Source: Candidatus Latescibacterota bacterium
GTDB lineage: Bacteria > Latescibacterota > UBA2968 > GCA-2709665
DNA: 64,000 bases
Reading direction: 5' to 3'
NCBI GenBank assembly: GCA_965219995.1
Contig: CBDCOX010000002.1
Span: 1,920,001-1,984,000 of the forward strand
Positions 19,587 to 29,503 of this stretch are shown here, in pieces; within the stretch, counting starts at the first letter, position 1; each line of letters begins with the position of its first letter. Both the position numbers and the translations under genes were made by a program. The notes under the pieces were generated by a model. The model had not been told where the DNA came from. It saw nothing but the letters and a program-made list of their open reading frames with translations, and did no database searches.

Positions 19587-21362
19587 ATGGCAAAGCAATC
19601 CGAGCAGGTCCGCGCATCCGAAACCAACGGGCGCCCTGAACGGCAGATGGGCTTCGGTGGCGCGCCGTCGCCTCCCCCATCCCCGATGAAGGGCGCGGAT
19701 ATCCTGGTGGAAGCACTGGTCAGGGAAGGCGTCGATGTCATTTTCGGTTATCCTGGCGGCGCAAGTATGGAAATCCATCAGGCGCTCACACGATCGAGGA
19801 TCCGAAACGTTCTGTGCCGGCACGAACAGGGTGAGATATTCGCCGCGGAAGGCTTTGCCAAGGCATCCGGCAGGGTCGGCGTGTGTCTTGCCACGTCAGG
19901 ACCGGGAGCCACAAACCTGGTCACGGGATTGGCCGACGCGAAGATGGATTCCGTCCCTCTGGTCGCCATAACGGGTCAGGTGGCGACACACGTGATGGGC
20001 GGCGACGCCTTTCAGGAAACTCCGATCGTCGAGGTCACCCGGCAAATTACCAAACACAACTTTCTGATCGACCGTATCGAGGACATTCCACGCATCGTAA
20101 AGGAATCCTTCTACATCGCAAACACGGGCCGGCCCGGCCCCGTGTTGATCGACGTGCCGAAAGACGTACAGCAGGCAATGCATGTGCCGCTCTGGCCGGA
20201 CGACGTGGCCATTCGAAGCTACAATCCGCAGATCAGGGCCGACAGCGAATCCATCGATCAGGTCGTCCGCGCGATCCGGGAAGCCAAACGGCCGGTTCTT
20301 TATGTCGGCGGGGGCATCGTCGCTGCCGGCGCGGCCGGACAGCTGCGCGAGCTTGTCCGCAAGACCGATATTCCAGTCGTGCAAACACTCATGGGGCTTG
20401 GCGTTTTTCCGGAGACCCACCCGCTATCGCTCAGGATGGTTGGCATGCACGGCACCGTATACGCCAACTACGCGATCAATCACGCGGACCTGCTGCTGGC
20501 CATGGGCGTTCGGTTCGACGACCGTGTCACCGGAAAACTCGAGGAATTCTGCAAACACGGCCGAATCGTACACGTCGACATCGACCCGTCTGAAATCAAC
20601 AAAAACAAGACCGCGCACATTCCTGTGGTCAGCGACGTCAGATTCGCACTGGAGGACCTGAATAAGCACGTTGAGCCCGGAGACTACACATCGTGGCACG
20701 CCGAATTGGAAACCTGGCGACAGAAACATCCGCTCGCATACCAGGAAGCGGACGACGAAATCCTGCCCCAGCACGCCATCGACCTGCTATACCGAATGAC
20801 GGGCGGGAAGGCGGTGGTCTCAACGGGCGTGGGGCAGCATCAGATGTGGGCCGCCCAGTATTACCTGTTCGACGAACCCCGCAACTGGCTCACGTCGGGA
20901 GGGCTGGGCGCGATGGGCTTCGGCCTGCCCGCCGCACTGGGCGCGCAACTGGCCAGGCCGGACGAACTGGTCGTGAACATCGACGGCGACGGGAGCTTTG
21001 TGATGAATGTTCAGGAACTGGCCACCCTATACGTTGAGAAGCTCCCCGTCAAGACGATCGTCATCAACAACCAGCATCTGGGTATGGTGGTTCAGTGGGA
21101 AGACCGGTTCTATCAGAGCAACCGGGGGCATACGTTCATCGGCGATCCGGACGGCGGGATCCATCCCGATTTTGTCAGAATCGCAGAAGGTTTCGGGATT
21201 CCATCGGCACGTGTGGACCGAAAGAAGGATCTTCAGGGCGCCCTGGAACGCCTGCTCGACACGCCCGGACCCTATCTGCTGGACGTGATCGTTCCGTACC
21301 AGGAGCACGTCCTGCCCATGATCCCCGCCGGCCACACCTTTGCGGATATCATAACCGAATAA
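19587..21362 (+). CDS. ilvB: Acetolactate synthase large subunit, biosynthetic type
   Basis: [45 protein letters not shown]. No small subunit adjacent. Confidence 0.95.
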   Translation: MAKQSEQVRASETNGRPERQMGFGGAPSPPPSPMKGADILVEALVREGVDVIFGYPGGASMEIHQALTRSRIRNVLCRHEQGEIFAAEGFAKASGRVGVCLATSGPGATNLVTGLADAKMDSVPLVAITGQVATHVMGGDAFQETPIVEVTRQITKHNFLIDRIEDIPRIVKESFYIANTGRPGPVLIDVPKDVQQAMHVPLWPDDVAIRSYNPQIRADSESIDQVVRAIREAKRPVLYVGGGIVAAGAAGQLRELVRKTDIPVVQTLMGLGVFPETHPLSLRMVGMHGTVYANYAINHADLLLAMGVRFDDRVTGKLEEFCKHGRIVHVDIDPSEINKNKTAHIPVVSDVRFALEDLNKHVEPGDYTSWHAELETWRQKHPLAYQEADDEILPQHAIDLLYRMTGGKAVVSTGVGQHQMWAAQYYLFDEPRNWLTSGGLGAMGFGLPAALGAQLARPDELVVNIDGDGSFVMNVQELATLYVEKLPVKTIVINNQHLGMVVQWEDRFYQSNRGHTFIGDPDGGIHPDFVRIAEGFGIPSARVDRKKDLQGALERLLDTPGPYLLDVIVPYQEHVLPMIPAGHTFADIITE

Positions 21363-21383
21363 ATCCAGGCAAAGGGTTTCACC

Positions 21384-21415
21384 TCCGGATGTTGTCCTGC
21401 AACATCCGGATTTTT
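21384..21415 (+). terminator. Rho-independent terminator after ilvB
   Basis: TCCGGATGTTG-tcctg-CAACATCCGGA followed by TTTTT. Confidence 0.8.
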
Positions 21416-21425
21416 GTGCCTTACG

Positions 21426-21454
21426 GGAACGCCGGCGGCAACGCGCATGTCTAA
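21426..21454 (+). promoter_or_regulatory. Putative ECF sigma autoregulatory promoter
   Basis: GGAAC-N18-GTCTAA upstream of the ECF sigma gene; the same architecture recurs at 23491-23519. Confidence 0.7.
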
Positions 21455-21590
21455 AAATGTGCAAAGACGAGGTGCGTGCGGCACGCCCGGCCCCAGAGCG
21501 TTAAGGGCTGTTCTTCAAACCACTCCCGGTTGCCCGGTGCAGCCGCGATCGTTGCTGGTATGGACCCATGCCGTGTTTTCGGGAGCCCGA

Positions 21591-22181
21591 ATGGGTGAAG
21601 ACCTGGATCTGGTCAGACGCTGCCAGGAAGGAGACCATCAGGCGTATCGCACGCTGGTGGAACGGTACGAAGGGCGGATCTACAACCTTGCCTGCTCGAT
21701 TATCGGCGACAGGGAAGCCGCTCGCGATGCCGCCCAGACAGCCTTCATTCGAGCATATCAGGCGCTTCCCGGATTCCGCGCCGACGCCGGCTTCTACACC
21801 TGGCTTTACAGAATCGCCGTCAACGTCTGTCTCAATGCAGCTCAGAAAGAAAAACGCCGTCGGGATACGACCTCGCTCGACGATCTGCTGGAATCAGGAC
21901 ATTTTTCTTCGGAACACCTCTGGGAACATCGTACACCGCACGGCGATTTCGAACGGATGCAACTGCAGGATGTGATTCAGGGAGTTCTGGATCAACTCTC
22001 GCCCGACCACCGGCTTGTAATCGTCCTCAAAGATATACAAGGATTCTCACAGGAAGAAATTTCCGAAACGCTGAATTGTTCGGTCGGCACAGTCAAATCC
22101 CGTCTCTCTCGGGCACGGGCGAACCTGAGGGATTTACTCCGGCCGATATACGACGAATGGAAAGAGGGGACCGCGCCATGA
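21591..22181 (+). CDS. ECF RNA polymerase sigma-70 factor
   Basis: Region 2 DAAQTAF..FYTWLYRIAVN; region 4 EEISETLNCSVGTVKSRLSRAR. Confidence 0.93.
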   Translation: MGEDLDLVRRCQEGDHQAYRTLVERYEGRIYNLACSIIGDREAARDAAQTAFIRAYQALPGFRADAGFYTWLYRIAVNVCLNAAQKEKRRRDTTSLDDLLESGHFSSEHLWEHRTPHGDFERMQLQDVIQGVLDQLSPDHRLVIVLKDIQGFSQEEISETLNCSVGTVKSRLSRARANLRDLLRPIYDEWKEGTAP

Positions 22182-22618
22182 ATGACTCAGATGTCAGGAG
22201 CCTCTTGCCCGATTACCTGGAGTCCAATTTGTCCGCCGAACAAATGCGGGAGGTCGAGGCACATCTGGCAGTCTCGGCCGCGTGCCGGGATGAACTGGAT
22301 TATCTCAGACGCATGCAGCGCCTGCTCGCAGCCAGACCCGAATCCCCGCCGCCCGGAATCTGGCAGAGCATTGCACGGCAACTTGTCGTCGAAGACGTCG
22401 CGGAGCCGTGGCAACAGTTCGAATGGGTAGGAAAGAGGTTCCTTCCCGTCCTGGCCGCCGCGGTCCTGCTTCTTGCGGTCCTCGGCAATCTCACGACCGA
22501 AGCGCCGGCACTTACGCTGGAAGACTATTTGAATGCCCAGTGGGATGAACAGGAAACCGAAATGCTTAGCGACGCCGAACTCGCCGACGACGTCCTGAAA
22601 ATCTTGCAATCGAGGTAG
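22178..22618 (+). CDS. Membrane-anchored anti-sigma factor with degenerate zf-HC2 domain
   Basis: ATGA overlap with the sigma gene; LLPDYLE..L...EVEAHLAVSAACR; one TM helix FLPVLAAAVLLLAV. Confidence 0.82.
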   Translation: MNDSDVRSLLPDYLESNLSAEQMREVEAHLAVSAACRDELDYLRRMQRLLAARPESPPPGIWQSIARQLVVEDVAEPWQQFEWVGKRFLPVLAAAVLLLAVLGNLTTEAPALTLEDYLNAQWDEQETEMLSDAELADDVLKILQSR

Positions 22619-22621
22619 TCC

Positions 22622-23482
22622 ATGTCCGAAAACGCAACCCGGCGCAAAGCCGTTCTGCTGGCGTTGGGCATTCTGGTGGTCGGTATAATTCTCGGCGCAA
22701 CCGGCCGGAACTGGCTTTCCGCTGTGGGCGACAGACAGACGCAGGAACCCCGGGAGCGACTTCGCATTCCACGAATGGGCGCGACGTCGGAACGCCTGTT
22801 GAAGCGATATTCCCGGCATCTGGATCTGTCCGACGCGCAGCAGGCGGAAATCGATCAGATTCTGGATCAGAGCCGGGAGCTGATGGTCGAGGTGCGGAAG
22901 AACATCGGTACGAAAATCGAAACGGTGAGGCGGGACACGTGGGCCAAGATTCGCGACGTCCTCACACCCGGTCAGCAGGAGATATTCGACGAGTTGACCA
23001 GCCCGGTATCCCCGAACATTATCCTTCGGCAGTTCAAGAGACGTCTCGACCTCAATGAGGATCAGCAGGCGGAAATCTCACGCATTCTCAAGGATAACTG
23101 GGCAGAAATGAGAAAAATGCGCCGGAAGATCCGGGAGAGGTTGAAGGAAATTCATGGAGATTCGCGCACCGAACAACTCAACCTGCTCACACCTGAACAG
23201 AGGAAACAGGCCAAGGGCAGGTGGAACCCGGATCTCTCGGGCGAGCAGCGTACGGAAATGGATCGCATCAGGAGAAAGAGTCGCGAGACAACGCGCCGGC
23301 TTTTTCAGGAACGCGACGAGCAGCTGGGTCTGGCGGTGCGGAAGACGTGGCTGGAAGTCAAGACCCGCCTCGACTCGAATCAGGTGGCGAAGTTCCAACG
23401 AATCACGGACGGTATCGAGCGGCGCATGAAGTGGGAACGGCAGTTCCGGCGCAGACCGGGCGGCAGACCTTCGGGGTTCTGA
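22622..23482 (+). CDS. Multi-repeat Spy/CpxP-like (LTXXQ) periplasmic protein, basic
   Basis: N-terminal TM/signal; LDLSDAQQ, LTPGQQ, LDLNEDQQ, LTPEQR, LSGEQR, LDSNQ. Confidence 0.72.
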   Translation: MSENATRRKAVLLALGILVVGIILGATGRNWLSAVGDRQTQEPRERLRIPRMGATSERLLKRYSRHLDLSDAQQAEIDQILDQSRELMVEVRKNIGTKIETVRRDTWAKIRDVLTPGQQEIFDELTSPVSPNIILRQFKRRLDLNEDQQAEISRILKDNWAEMRKMRRKIRERLKEIHGDSRTEQLNLLTPEQRKQAKGRWNPDLSGEQRTEMDRIRRKSRETTRRLFQERDEQLGLAVRKTWLEVKTRLDSNQVAKFQRITDGIERRMKWERQFRRRPGGRPSGF

Positions 23483-23490
23483 GGGACGAG

Positions 23491-23519
23491 GGAACACTCT
23501 CAGTCTGTCATCTGTCTAT
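23491..23519 (+). promoter_or_regulatory. Second putative ECF promoter
   Basis: GGAAC-N18-GTCTAT upstream of the spy-like gene. Confidence 0.7.
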
Positions 23520-23636
23520 AGCGTAAAGCCCCTCCGAATGGACGGCCGGACTGCAGCCGGTCACAACGGGGCTCGTCACGTGCGGGCAACCGCCCCAATG
23601 AACAGCAAGCCGGGTTAACGGAAAGGAGAAACAACC

Positions 23637-24152
23637 ATGAAACGTCTCGCCATCATCGCGGCCGTCGTCATTCCAATCCTTGTCATCGCCTGGGTTCTGC
23701 CCACAAACGCACATCGGGGCAAACGAGGCTGGAAGGGCGGGAAGGCGTCAATGGCGGCCCTGGAGCTGACTGCGGAACAGAGAACCAGGATGGAAAGTCT
23801 CAAACTGGCGCAGGCCAAACAGATGGCTCGACTGCGCGCCGATCTGAAGGTCGCCAGACTGGACCTCCGGGCCGCGATGAGGAAGGACGAGCCAGATGCT
23901 GCCGACGTCAAAGCGAGCGTCGCAGCCGTAAATGGCGCCCGATCCCTGATTCTGGAAAGCCGCGTCAACCACCGCCTCAAGGTCAACAGCATCCTGACAC
24001 CGGAGCAGCGGACCAAGCTTCGTGAATTGCGAAGCGATCGATCCAGGAAGGGGTGGGGCAAGATGTGGCGTAAGGGACGCTACCATAAGCGTTTTCGAGG
24101 AATGGGAGAAAAACGCCCCGACGGCGCCGACAGCCGCCCGTCTTCAATCTGA
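23637..24152 (+). CDS. Spy/CpxP family periplasmic chaperone
   Basis: Signal peptide, LELTAEQR, PD, ILTPEQR; AAGGAG RBS. Confidence 0.85.
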   Translation: MKRLAIIAAVVIPILVIAWVLPTNAHRGKRGWKGGKASMAALELTAEQRTRMESLKLAQAKQMARLRADLKVARLDLRAAMRKDEPDAADVKASVAAVNGARSLILESRVNHRLKVNSILTPEQRTKLRELRSDRSRKGWGKMWRKGRYHKRFRGMGEKRPDGADSRPSSI

Positions 24153-24183
24153 CTGAGTCTGCCGGGATAGAGAGGTTGTAGAA

Positions 24184-25236
24184 ATGTCGTTTCGAAGTTT
24201 TGCCATCGCATCCGTCGCTGCCTCCGTTACACTCCTGGGATGCGGGAACAAGATCCCCGTCGAGTCGCCGACCGGGTCCGGTTCCAACGAAGGCGCAATT
24301 CAGGCCTCAAAGGCATCCACGGACGAGATCAGCTCCAAACTGTATGACGAACGCTCCGACAAGTCCGGGTTCGGCCACCACGGAGGACGGAAATTATCCA
24401 TTGACGCGCTGACCGACTCCCTGGGCCTGAGTGACGAACAGGTTTCAGCGCTTGAGGAACTGAACGAATCCTACGCCGCGGACGTCAAAGCAGCGATCGA
24501 AAGTGCCAAAGCATCCGGCGATCGCAGGGAGCTTCGTGCGAAGTTGCGGGAACTGAGAGAGGAGTATGAGGACGACTTCAACGACATCCTGACGGAAGAG
24601 CAACAAACCCGACTCGAGGAAATCAGGGCCAATGCGGCCGCCCGAAGGAAAGACCGGGGGTGGGAAAATACCATCGCCGCACTCACCGACTCGCTGGGCC
24701 TGAGCGACGAACAGGTGACGGACCTCAATGAATTGTATGAGGACTACCAGGCAGACGTCAAGGCCGCCATGGAAGACGCCGGGGAGTCAGGCGACCGTTC
24801 AGAACTCCGGACCAGCCTGAAGGAATTGAGACAGGCGTTCGAGGACGACTTCAACGATGTCCTGACGGACGAGCAACAGACCCGACTCGAGGAAATCAGG
24901 GCCAACGCGGCCGCCCGAAAGAAGGACCGGGGGTGGGAGAATTATATCGCCACGCTCACTGACTCCCTGGGCCTGAGCGACGAACAGATCGCGGACCTCA
25001 ACGAATTGTATGAAGACTATGAGGCCGACGTCAAAGCCGCGATCGACAGCGCTCAGGAATCGGATGACCGCTCAGGGCTCAAGGAGAAGTTGCAAGAGCT
25101 GAGAGAGGATTTCGCGGATGACTTCAATGCCGTCCTTACCGATGAGCAGAAGGAGAAGCTGGACGAGATGAAATCCGAGGGACGCAAAAGAAAGGGGAAG
25201 GGCCGCCGACACGGCCACAAAGGCAGAAAAGGATAG
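24184..25236 (+). CDS. Acidic lipoprotein with three tandem Spy/CpxP-like repeats
   Basis: Lipobox LLGC; three copies of LTDSLGLSDEQ...LT(E/D)EQ. Confidence 0.82.
   Translation: MSFRSFAIASVAASVTLLGCGNKIPVESPTGSGSNEGAIQASKASTDEISSKLYDERSDKSGFGHHGGRKLSIDALTDSLGLSDEQVSALEELNESYAADVKAAIESAKASGDRRELRAKLRELREEYEDDFNDILTEEQQTRLEEIRANAAARRKDRGWENTIAALTDSLGLSDEQVTDLNELYEDYQADVKAAMEDAGESGDRSELRTSLKELRQAFEDDFNDVLTDEQQTRLEEIRANAAARKKDRGWENYIATLTDSLGLSDEQIADLNELYEDYEADVKAAIDSAQESDDRSGLKEKLQELREDFADDFNAVLTDEQKEKLDEMKSEGRKRKGKGRRHGHKGRKG
24409..25170 (+). repeat. Intragenic tandem repeat with 273-bp (91-aa) period, three copies
   Basis: Repeat starts at 24409, 24682 and 24955 with high DNA similarity. Confidence 0.9.
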
Positions 25237-25279
25237 GACTCCTATAGTCCATCGGAGCGTCGCACCATCGTTTCAAAAC

Positions 25280-25317
25280 GACCCGCCGTCGATCCTCGTC
25301 GACGGCGGGTCTTCTTC
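25280..25317 (+). terminator. Terminator hairpin
   Basis: GACCCGCCGTCGA-tcctcg-TCGACGGCGGGTC followed by TTCTT. Confidence 0.75.
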
Positions 25318-25459
25318 ATCACGTTACCCTTGCCCGTGGCTTCAGATCGCCATTCGCAAACAACTCCTGAAATTCATGTCGGATTGTGCCCACATGCCAA
25401 GCTATGGACGACCTGGGTCCGTGAGCCGCACGGCGCCGCGACCTGTCTCCACCGACAGG

Positions 25460-26434
25460 CTAGCGGGCTTCGAAAAAGAACCGGATTGTATCCCCCTCTT
25501 TCAACATTGCATCGAAGAACTCATGGTCCTCCTCGTTCAGCTCTCCCGCCGACTGCAGGACAATCCGCATATATTGCTCCCTGGTGAGCGTCAGCGTCAG
25601 GTTGTCCCCCTCCACGTCAACCGAGCCTTCCAGTACCAGCCCGTCTTTCTCAATGATCGTCAGCGTGTTGCCGCGGACCGACCAGGTACCCGCATCCGAC
25701 CAGGTACCCAAACTGTCCTGGTCCGCAAACGTGCCGTCCGAATGGAAACTCCTGACCGGAGACCACACGCTGTCGCGGAGGCTGGCCTCCAGTTCGGCCG
25801 TGACTTCCGAGACAACGAGTGCGGCGGTGGCACTATCCACCACGCCCTCCTGCAGGATGGCGGCAATCAGATTCCGGCTTATCGTCTCAACCATATCCGT
25901 TCCAACGTACGCCCACGATCCGACAATACGCAGAGCCGAGAGCGAGACCGTGCCCGTCACAAGAGTCTTTCCGCCAACGTGCAGTTCAACAGTGACCTGG
26001 TAACCGCCATTGACCGGAATACTCGACCAGGTACCCTGTACGGCGCCATCGATAACAGCGCGCGCACGGTAGTAGCCGTTCACGTTGTCCGACCCGATTT
26101 CGATGCGGGCCACGCCCTGTGCATCGGTTACGCCCGACCAGGCAAAATTCGAGGGCTTGCCCGAGATTGACCGTGAAAGCTCCACGGTGACACCGCTCAT
26201 TGGCGCTCCGTCCTTCAGCACGGTGACGCTCACAGCGGCCTGACTCATCGTCCCGCCAACCGCCAGCTTGCCCAGCGGCTGTCCTGCGTGCCCCTGCCGT
26301 GTTGCAGGGTTCACCACATCGGACGCCGGGTCTGCTTCCGGCGCCATGGAAGTGGTTACCCGGTCACCCCCGCAGCCGGATATCGCTGCCGCGGCAATCA
26401 CCAGACATGACACGCTTCGAATTGCGCCAGACAT
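25460..26434 (-). CDS. Lipoprotein: conserved N-terminal beta-domain plus lipocalin-like C-terminal domain
   Basis: Start revised to ATG 26434 (GGAGG RBS); lipobox ISGC; IVGSW, FHSDGTF, GTWSVRGNTLT. Confidence 0.78.
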   Translation of the reverse strand: MSGAIRSVSCLVIAAAAISGCGGDRVTTSMAPEADPASDVVNPATRQGHAGQPLGKLAVGGTMSQAAVSVTVLKDGAPMSGVTVELSRSISGKPSNFAWSGVTDAQGVARIEIGSDNVNGYYRARAVIDGAVQGTWSSIPVNGGYQVTVELHVGGKTLVTGTVSLSALRIVGSWAYVGTDMVETISRNLIAAILQEGVVDSATAALVVSEVTAELEASLRDSVWSPVRSFHSDGTFADQDSLGTWSDAGTWSVRGNTLTIIEKDGLVLEGSVDVEGDNLTLTLTREQYMRIVLQSAGELNEEDHEFFDAMLKEGDTIRFFFEAR

Positions 26435-26818
26435 CGCGAACCTCCCGTTTTGGATTGTTTCATGAGACAACCGCAGGCATTTCCCGCGGCCATGCGCCCT
26501 TCGACCAACAGCCGGCAACCTCGTGTGACACAATGAAGGCAAGAAACCGGTTCGGCGAATGCAGCCATGTTCTAAGACTCGCGAGACGGGGAATTGTTTC
26601 TGGCCTGGTCCTGTCTTGGCGAAAACTGCGGCAAAAGACGGATGCACCCGGCAATGTGCGGGCGTTCGTCCCTGGACGCCCATGCGCGGAAATGATGAAC
26701 AAAACACTTGACATATTGAGAGAATCCTATTATCTAAACGTCTCGGCACCCATCCGTCAATGAATTCTTATAAATGGCAACTGAGTGGTCGGACCACAAT
26801 AAAAAAGGAGATCGGTCG

Positions 26819-27163
26819 ATGGAGGTTAACACCGAGCGGGACAACGGCACCTTGATCGCGAAGGCGGAAGGTCGCGTCGACGGGTCCAATGCCCGAGAGT
26901 TTGAGGAGGCGCTCGATTCCGCGATCACCCAGCACGAAGATGGTCAGGCCGTAATCGTGGATTTTGAAGGGCTTTCATATATTAGCAGTGCGGGCCTTCG
27001 GGTCATCCTGCTGACCGCCAGAACGCTTCGAAAACAGGACAAGGAGTTCGTAGTCTGCTCGCTCTCTGACCCAATCAGGGAAGTCTTTGAAATCAGCGGA
27101 TTCGACAAGATAATACCGGTTTACGCCTCTAGATCCGAAGCGATGGCAGCAGTTGGAGGATAG
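26819..27163 (+). CDS. STAS-domain anti-sigma factor antagonist (RsbV/SpoIIAA-like)
   Basis: GRVD, VIVDFEGLSYISSAGLR (phosphorylatable Ser), VFEISGF. Confidence 0.92.
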   Translation: MEVNTERDNGTLIAKAEGRVDGSNAREFEEALDSAITQHEDGQAVIVDFEGLSYISSAGLRVILLTARTLRKQDKEFVVCSLSDPIREVFEISGFDKIIPVYASRSEAMAAVGG

Positions 27164-27363
27164 CAACGGGTTGGTCCGGGACTTCTTCAGGGGAGCATAT
27201 GGTGTTCGCTGAAGAAGTACCACGGGTGGAAGTGACATTGTAACCGTACCGGTTTCCCAGGGCGATCACCGGTTCGTCGGCAATACGGCCGGCGTGACCG
27301 CCGTATTGTCCCTGGATAGCCGACGGTTCCGCCTGAATCTCCCGAGAAACTGAAAGGCCGACC

Positions 27364-27794
27364 ATGATCGAAGACCTGCTGCCGATCGGTTTGCTCATCT
27401 TCGTCGCCAAGTTCTTTGAGTGTCTCCTCAGCCGTATCGGACTGAGTTCAATTGTCGCCTGCACGGCGGCGGGGATAATCCTCGGCTCCGTCGCGGGTAT
27501 TGTTGAGCCGGCAAGCAAGCTTCAGATCTTCCTGGGCACCGGCGTCTTCATCCTCTTTTTCCTCGTCGGCCCCGACGAAATAGACATCCCCCGCATTGTG
27601 GCAACCATCCGGGGGCGTTTTTTTTGCAGCTATCCTTGATGTCGGGCTACCCAACGTCGGGAATACCGGTCTGCAACAAGGAGTCACACGATTTCCCCGG
27701 CACCATTACCAGTCACGACGTCGTTGACCTCGTCTTCGTGATGGATGAAATCGCCGGCGAGATGAAGGAAATAGAAAAAAAAACGGCGATTTGA
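27364..27794 (+). pseudogene. Remnant of a cation:proton antiporter with C-terminal CBS domain (large internal deletion plus frameshift)
   Basis: The first three TM segments are CPA2-like (LLIFVAKFF..GIILG..FLVG); another frame then reads GIPVCNKESHDFPGTITSHDVVDLV...stop at 27794, resembling a CBS end. Confidence 0.6.
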
Positions 27795-27917
27795 CTCCGT
27801 ACCGACTCGCCGTGTCATAAGGGACCGCGAACGAAGCGGGGTACGGATACAATCCGTCAACCCACGTCCGCCGGATTCGGAACTGCGGCAAACCATTCTA
27901 TCCCTGGATATGTCGAA

Positions 27918-29087
27918 ATGTCAGCACTCCCGTACAAGATCCTCGTAGTGGACGACGAGCCCGATCTCGAACCACTCATGCTGCAGCGAATGCGGCGTCC
28001 GATCCGCCGAGGCCGCTATACGTTCGTATTTGCGCATAACGGGATCGAAGCTCTCGAGCGGTTGAACCAGGATGACACCATCGATATGGTGCTATCCGAC
28101 ATCAACATGCCCCAGATGGACGGCCTCACGCTGCTCGAACAGATACCCAAAGTGGACCCGAATATCCGGTCCGTGATCATTTCTGCGTACGGCGACATGA
28201 AAAACATCCGGATCGCGATGAATCGCGGCGCGTTCGATTTCGTCACCAAGCCCATCGACTTCTCGGACCTTCAGGTCACCATTGACCGGACGATGCGCCA
28301 TCTGATCGAATGGCGGGAAGCGCTCGAATCGCGCGACAAGCTTATTGCGCTGCAGAACGAACTCGACGTGGCCAGCAAAATGCAACAGTCGATCCTGCCT
28401 ACGCGGTTTCCCGAAAACCCCACCTATCAGGCATTCGGGAGCATGGAACCGGCTCGAAACGTCGGCGGCGACTTCTTCGACATTATTCGGCTCGAAGACG
28501 GTCGTATCGGCATTGCAATCGCCGATGTTTCGGACAAAGGCGTTCCCGCCGCCCTCTTCATGATGTCGAGCAGAACGGTATTGCGGGGTGCGGCAATCGG
28601 AACCTCAAACCCCGGCGAGGTATTGTTCGAAGTGAACAACTCGCTCTACGAGAACAATGAAGCCGCGATGTTCGTCACCGTCTTCTACGCGGTATTCGAT
28701 CCCGCAAATCGGCAGTTCACATACGCCAATGGCGGCCACAATTCTCCGCTCGTCGTCAATGCGGACGGCGAAGCGACCATGCTGCCCCTCACGGGCGGAA
28801 TCGCCCTTGCCGTGATGCCGGACATCGAATACGGATACAATTCAGTCACACTGGCACCGGGCGATACGGTCGTTCTTTACACCGACGGCGTCACGGAAGC
28901 CATAGACGACGTGGAGGAAGAATTCGGCGACGAACGCCTGCAGAACGTATTCTCGGGCGCGCCCCCGCGGGACGCCAGGGAAGCCAACGGTGCGGTCTTT
29001 GAGGCAGTGAAGCGATTTGTAGGCGACACGCCCCAATTCGATGACATTACCTGCGTTACGTTTCGGTACAGGGGGGAAGAGACGTGA
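27918..29087 (+). CDS. Response regulator receiver plus PP2C/SpoIIE phosphatase (RsbU/RsbY-like)
   Basis: VVDDE, SDINMP, KP; VGGDFFD, ADVSDKG, LYTDGVTEA, DDIT. Confidence 0.93.
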   Translation: MSALPYKILVVDDEPDLEPLMLQRMRRPIRRGRYTFVFAHNGIEALERLNQDDTIDMVLSDINMPQMDGLTLLEQIPKVDPNIRSVIISAYGDMKNIRIAMNRGAFDFVTKPIDFSDLQVTIDRTMRHLIEWREALESRDKLIALQNELDVASKMQQSILPTRFPENPTYQAFGSMEPARNVGGDFFDIIRLEDGRIGIAIADVSDKGVPAALFMMSSRTVLRGAAIGTSNPGEVLFEVNNSLYENNEAAMFVTVFYAVFDPANRQFTYANGGHNSPLVVNADGEATMLPLTGGIALAVMPDIEYGYNSVTLAPGDTVVLYTDGVTEAIDDVEEEFGDERLQNVFSGAPPRDAREANGAVFEAVKRFVGDTPQFDDITCVTFRYRGEET

Positions 29088-29503
29088 GCGCGAGACAATC
29101 CTTTCGTATCGGCGCGGACCTCGACGAATTGCGGCGGGTTGCGGAAGCTGCCGAAGAACTGGGGTTGCAGGAAGACTGGTCGCCGGCCCTGGTGCACCAG
29201 GTAGATCTCGCCATTGAGGAACTTGGAAACAACATCGTCCGGCACGGGCTCGCCGGCGGTCCCGGAGAGATAGAGATTACATTGACCTCGGACGCCGAAG
29301 CGATCAAGATCGAAATTTCGGACGACGGGCAACCCTTCAATCCCCTTAAAGACGCGCCGAAACCCGATCTGGAAGCCGCACTCGAGGATCGGCCCATCGG
29401 CGGACTCGGCATTCACCTGGTTCTTACGATGATGGACGAGATGCACTACCGGCGAGAGAACGAAAGGAATCACCTGACGCTGGTGAAGCGGAGGGCCGGA
29501 TGA
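29084..29503 (+). CDS. RsbW-like anti-sigma factor/serine kinase (HATPase_c_2)
   Basis: LAIEELGNNIVRHG, DDGQPFNP, GGLGIHLV. Confidence 0.92.
   Translation: MSARQSFRIGADLDELRRVAEAAEELGLQEDWSPALVHQVDLAIEELGNNIVRHGLAGGPGEIEITLTSDAEAIKIEISDDGQPFNPLKDAPKPDLEAALEDRPIGGLGIHLVLTMMDEMHYRRENERNHLTLVKRRAG

Noticed and set aside
24409-25170. Periodic repeats as a possible CRISPR array
   Set aside because: These are 273-bp in-frame coding repeats with no spacers and no cas genes.
27165-27363. Hairpins upstream of the antiporter remnant as a c-di-AMP (ydaO) riboswitch
   Set aside because: The conserved ydaO sequence blocks are not present; only generic inverted repeats.
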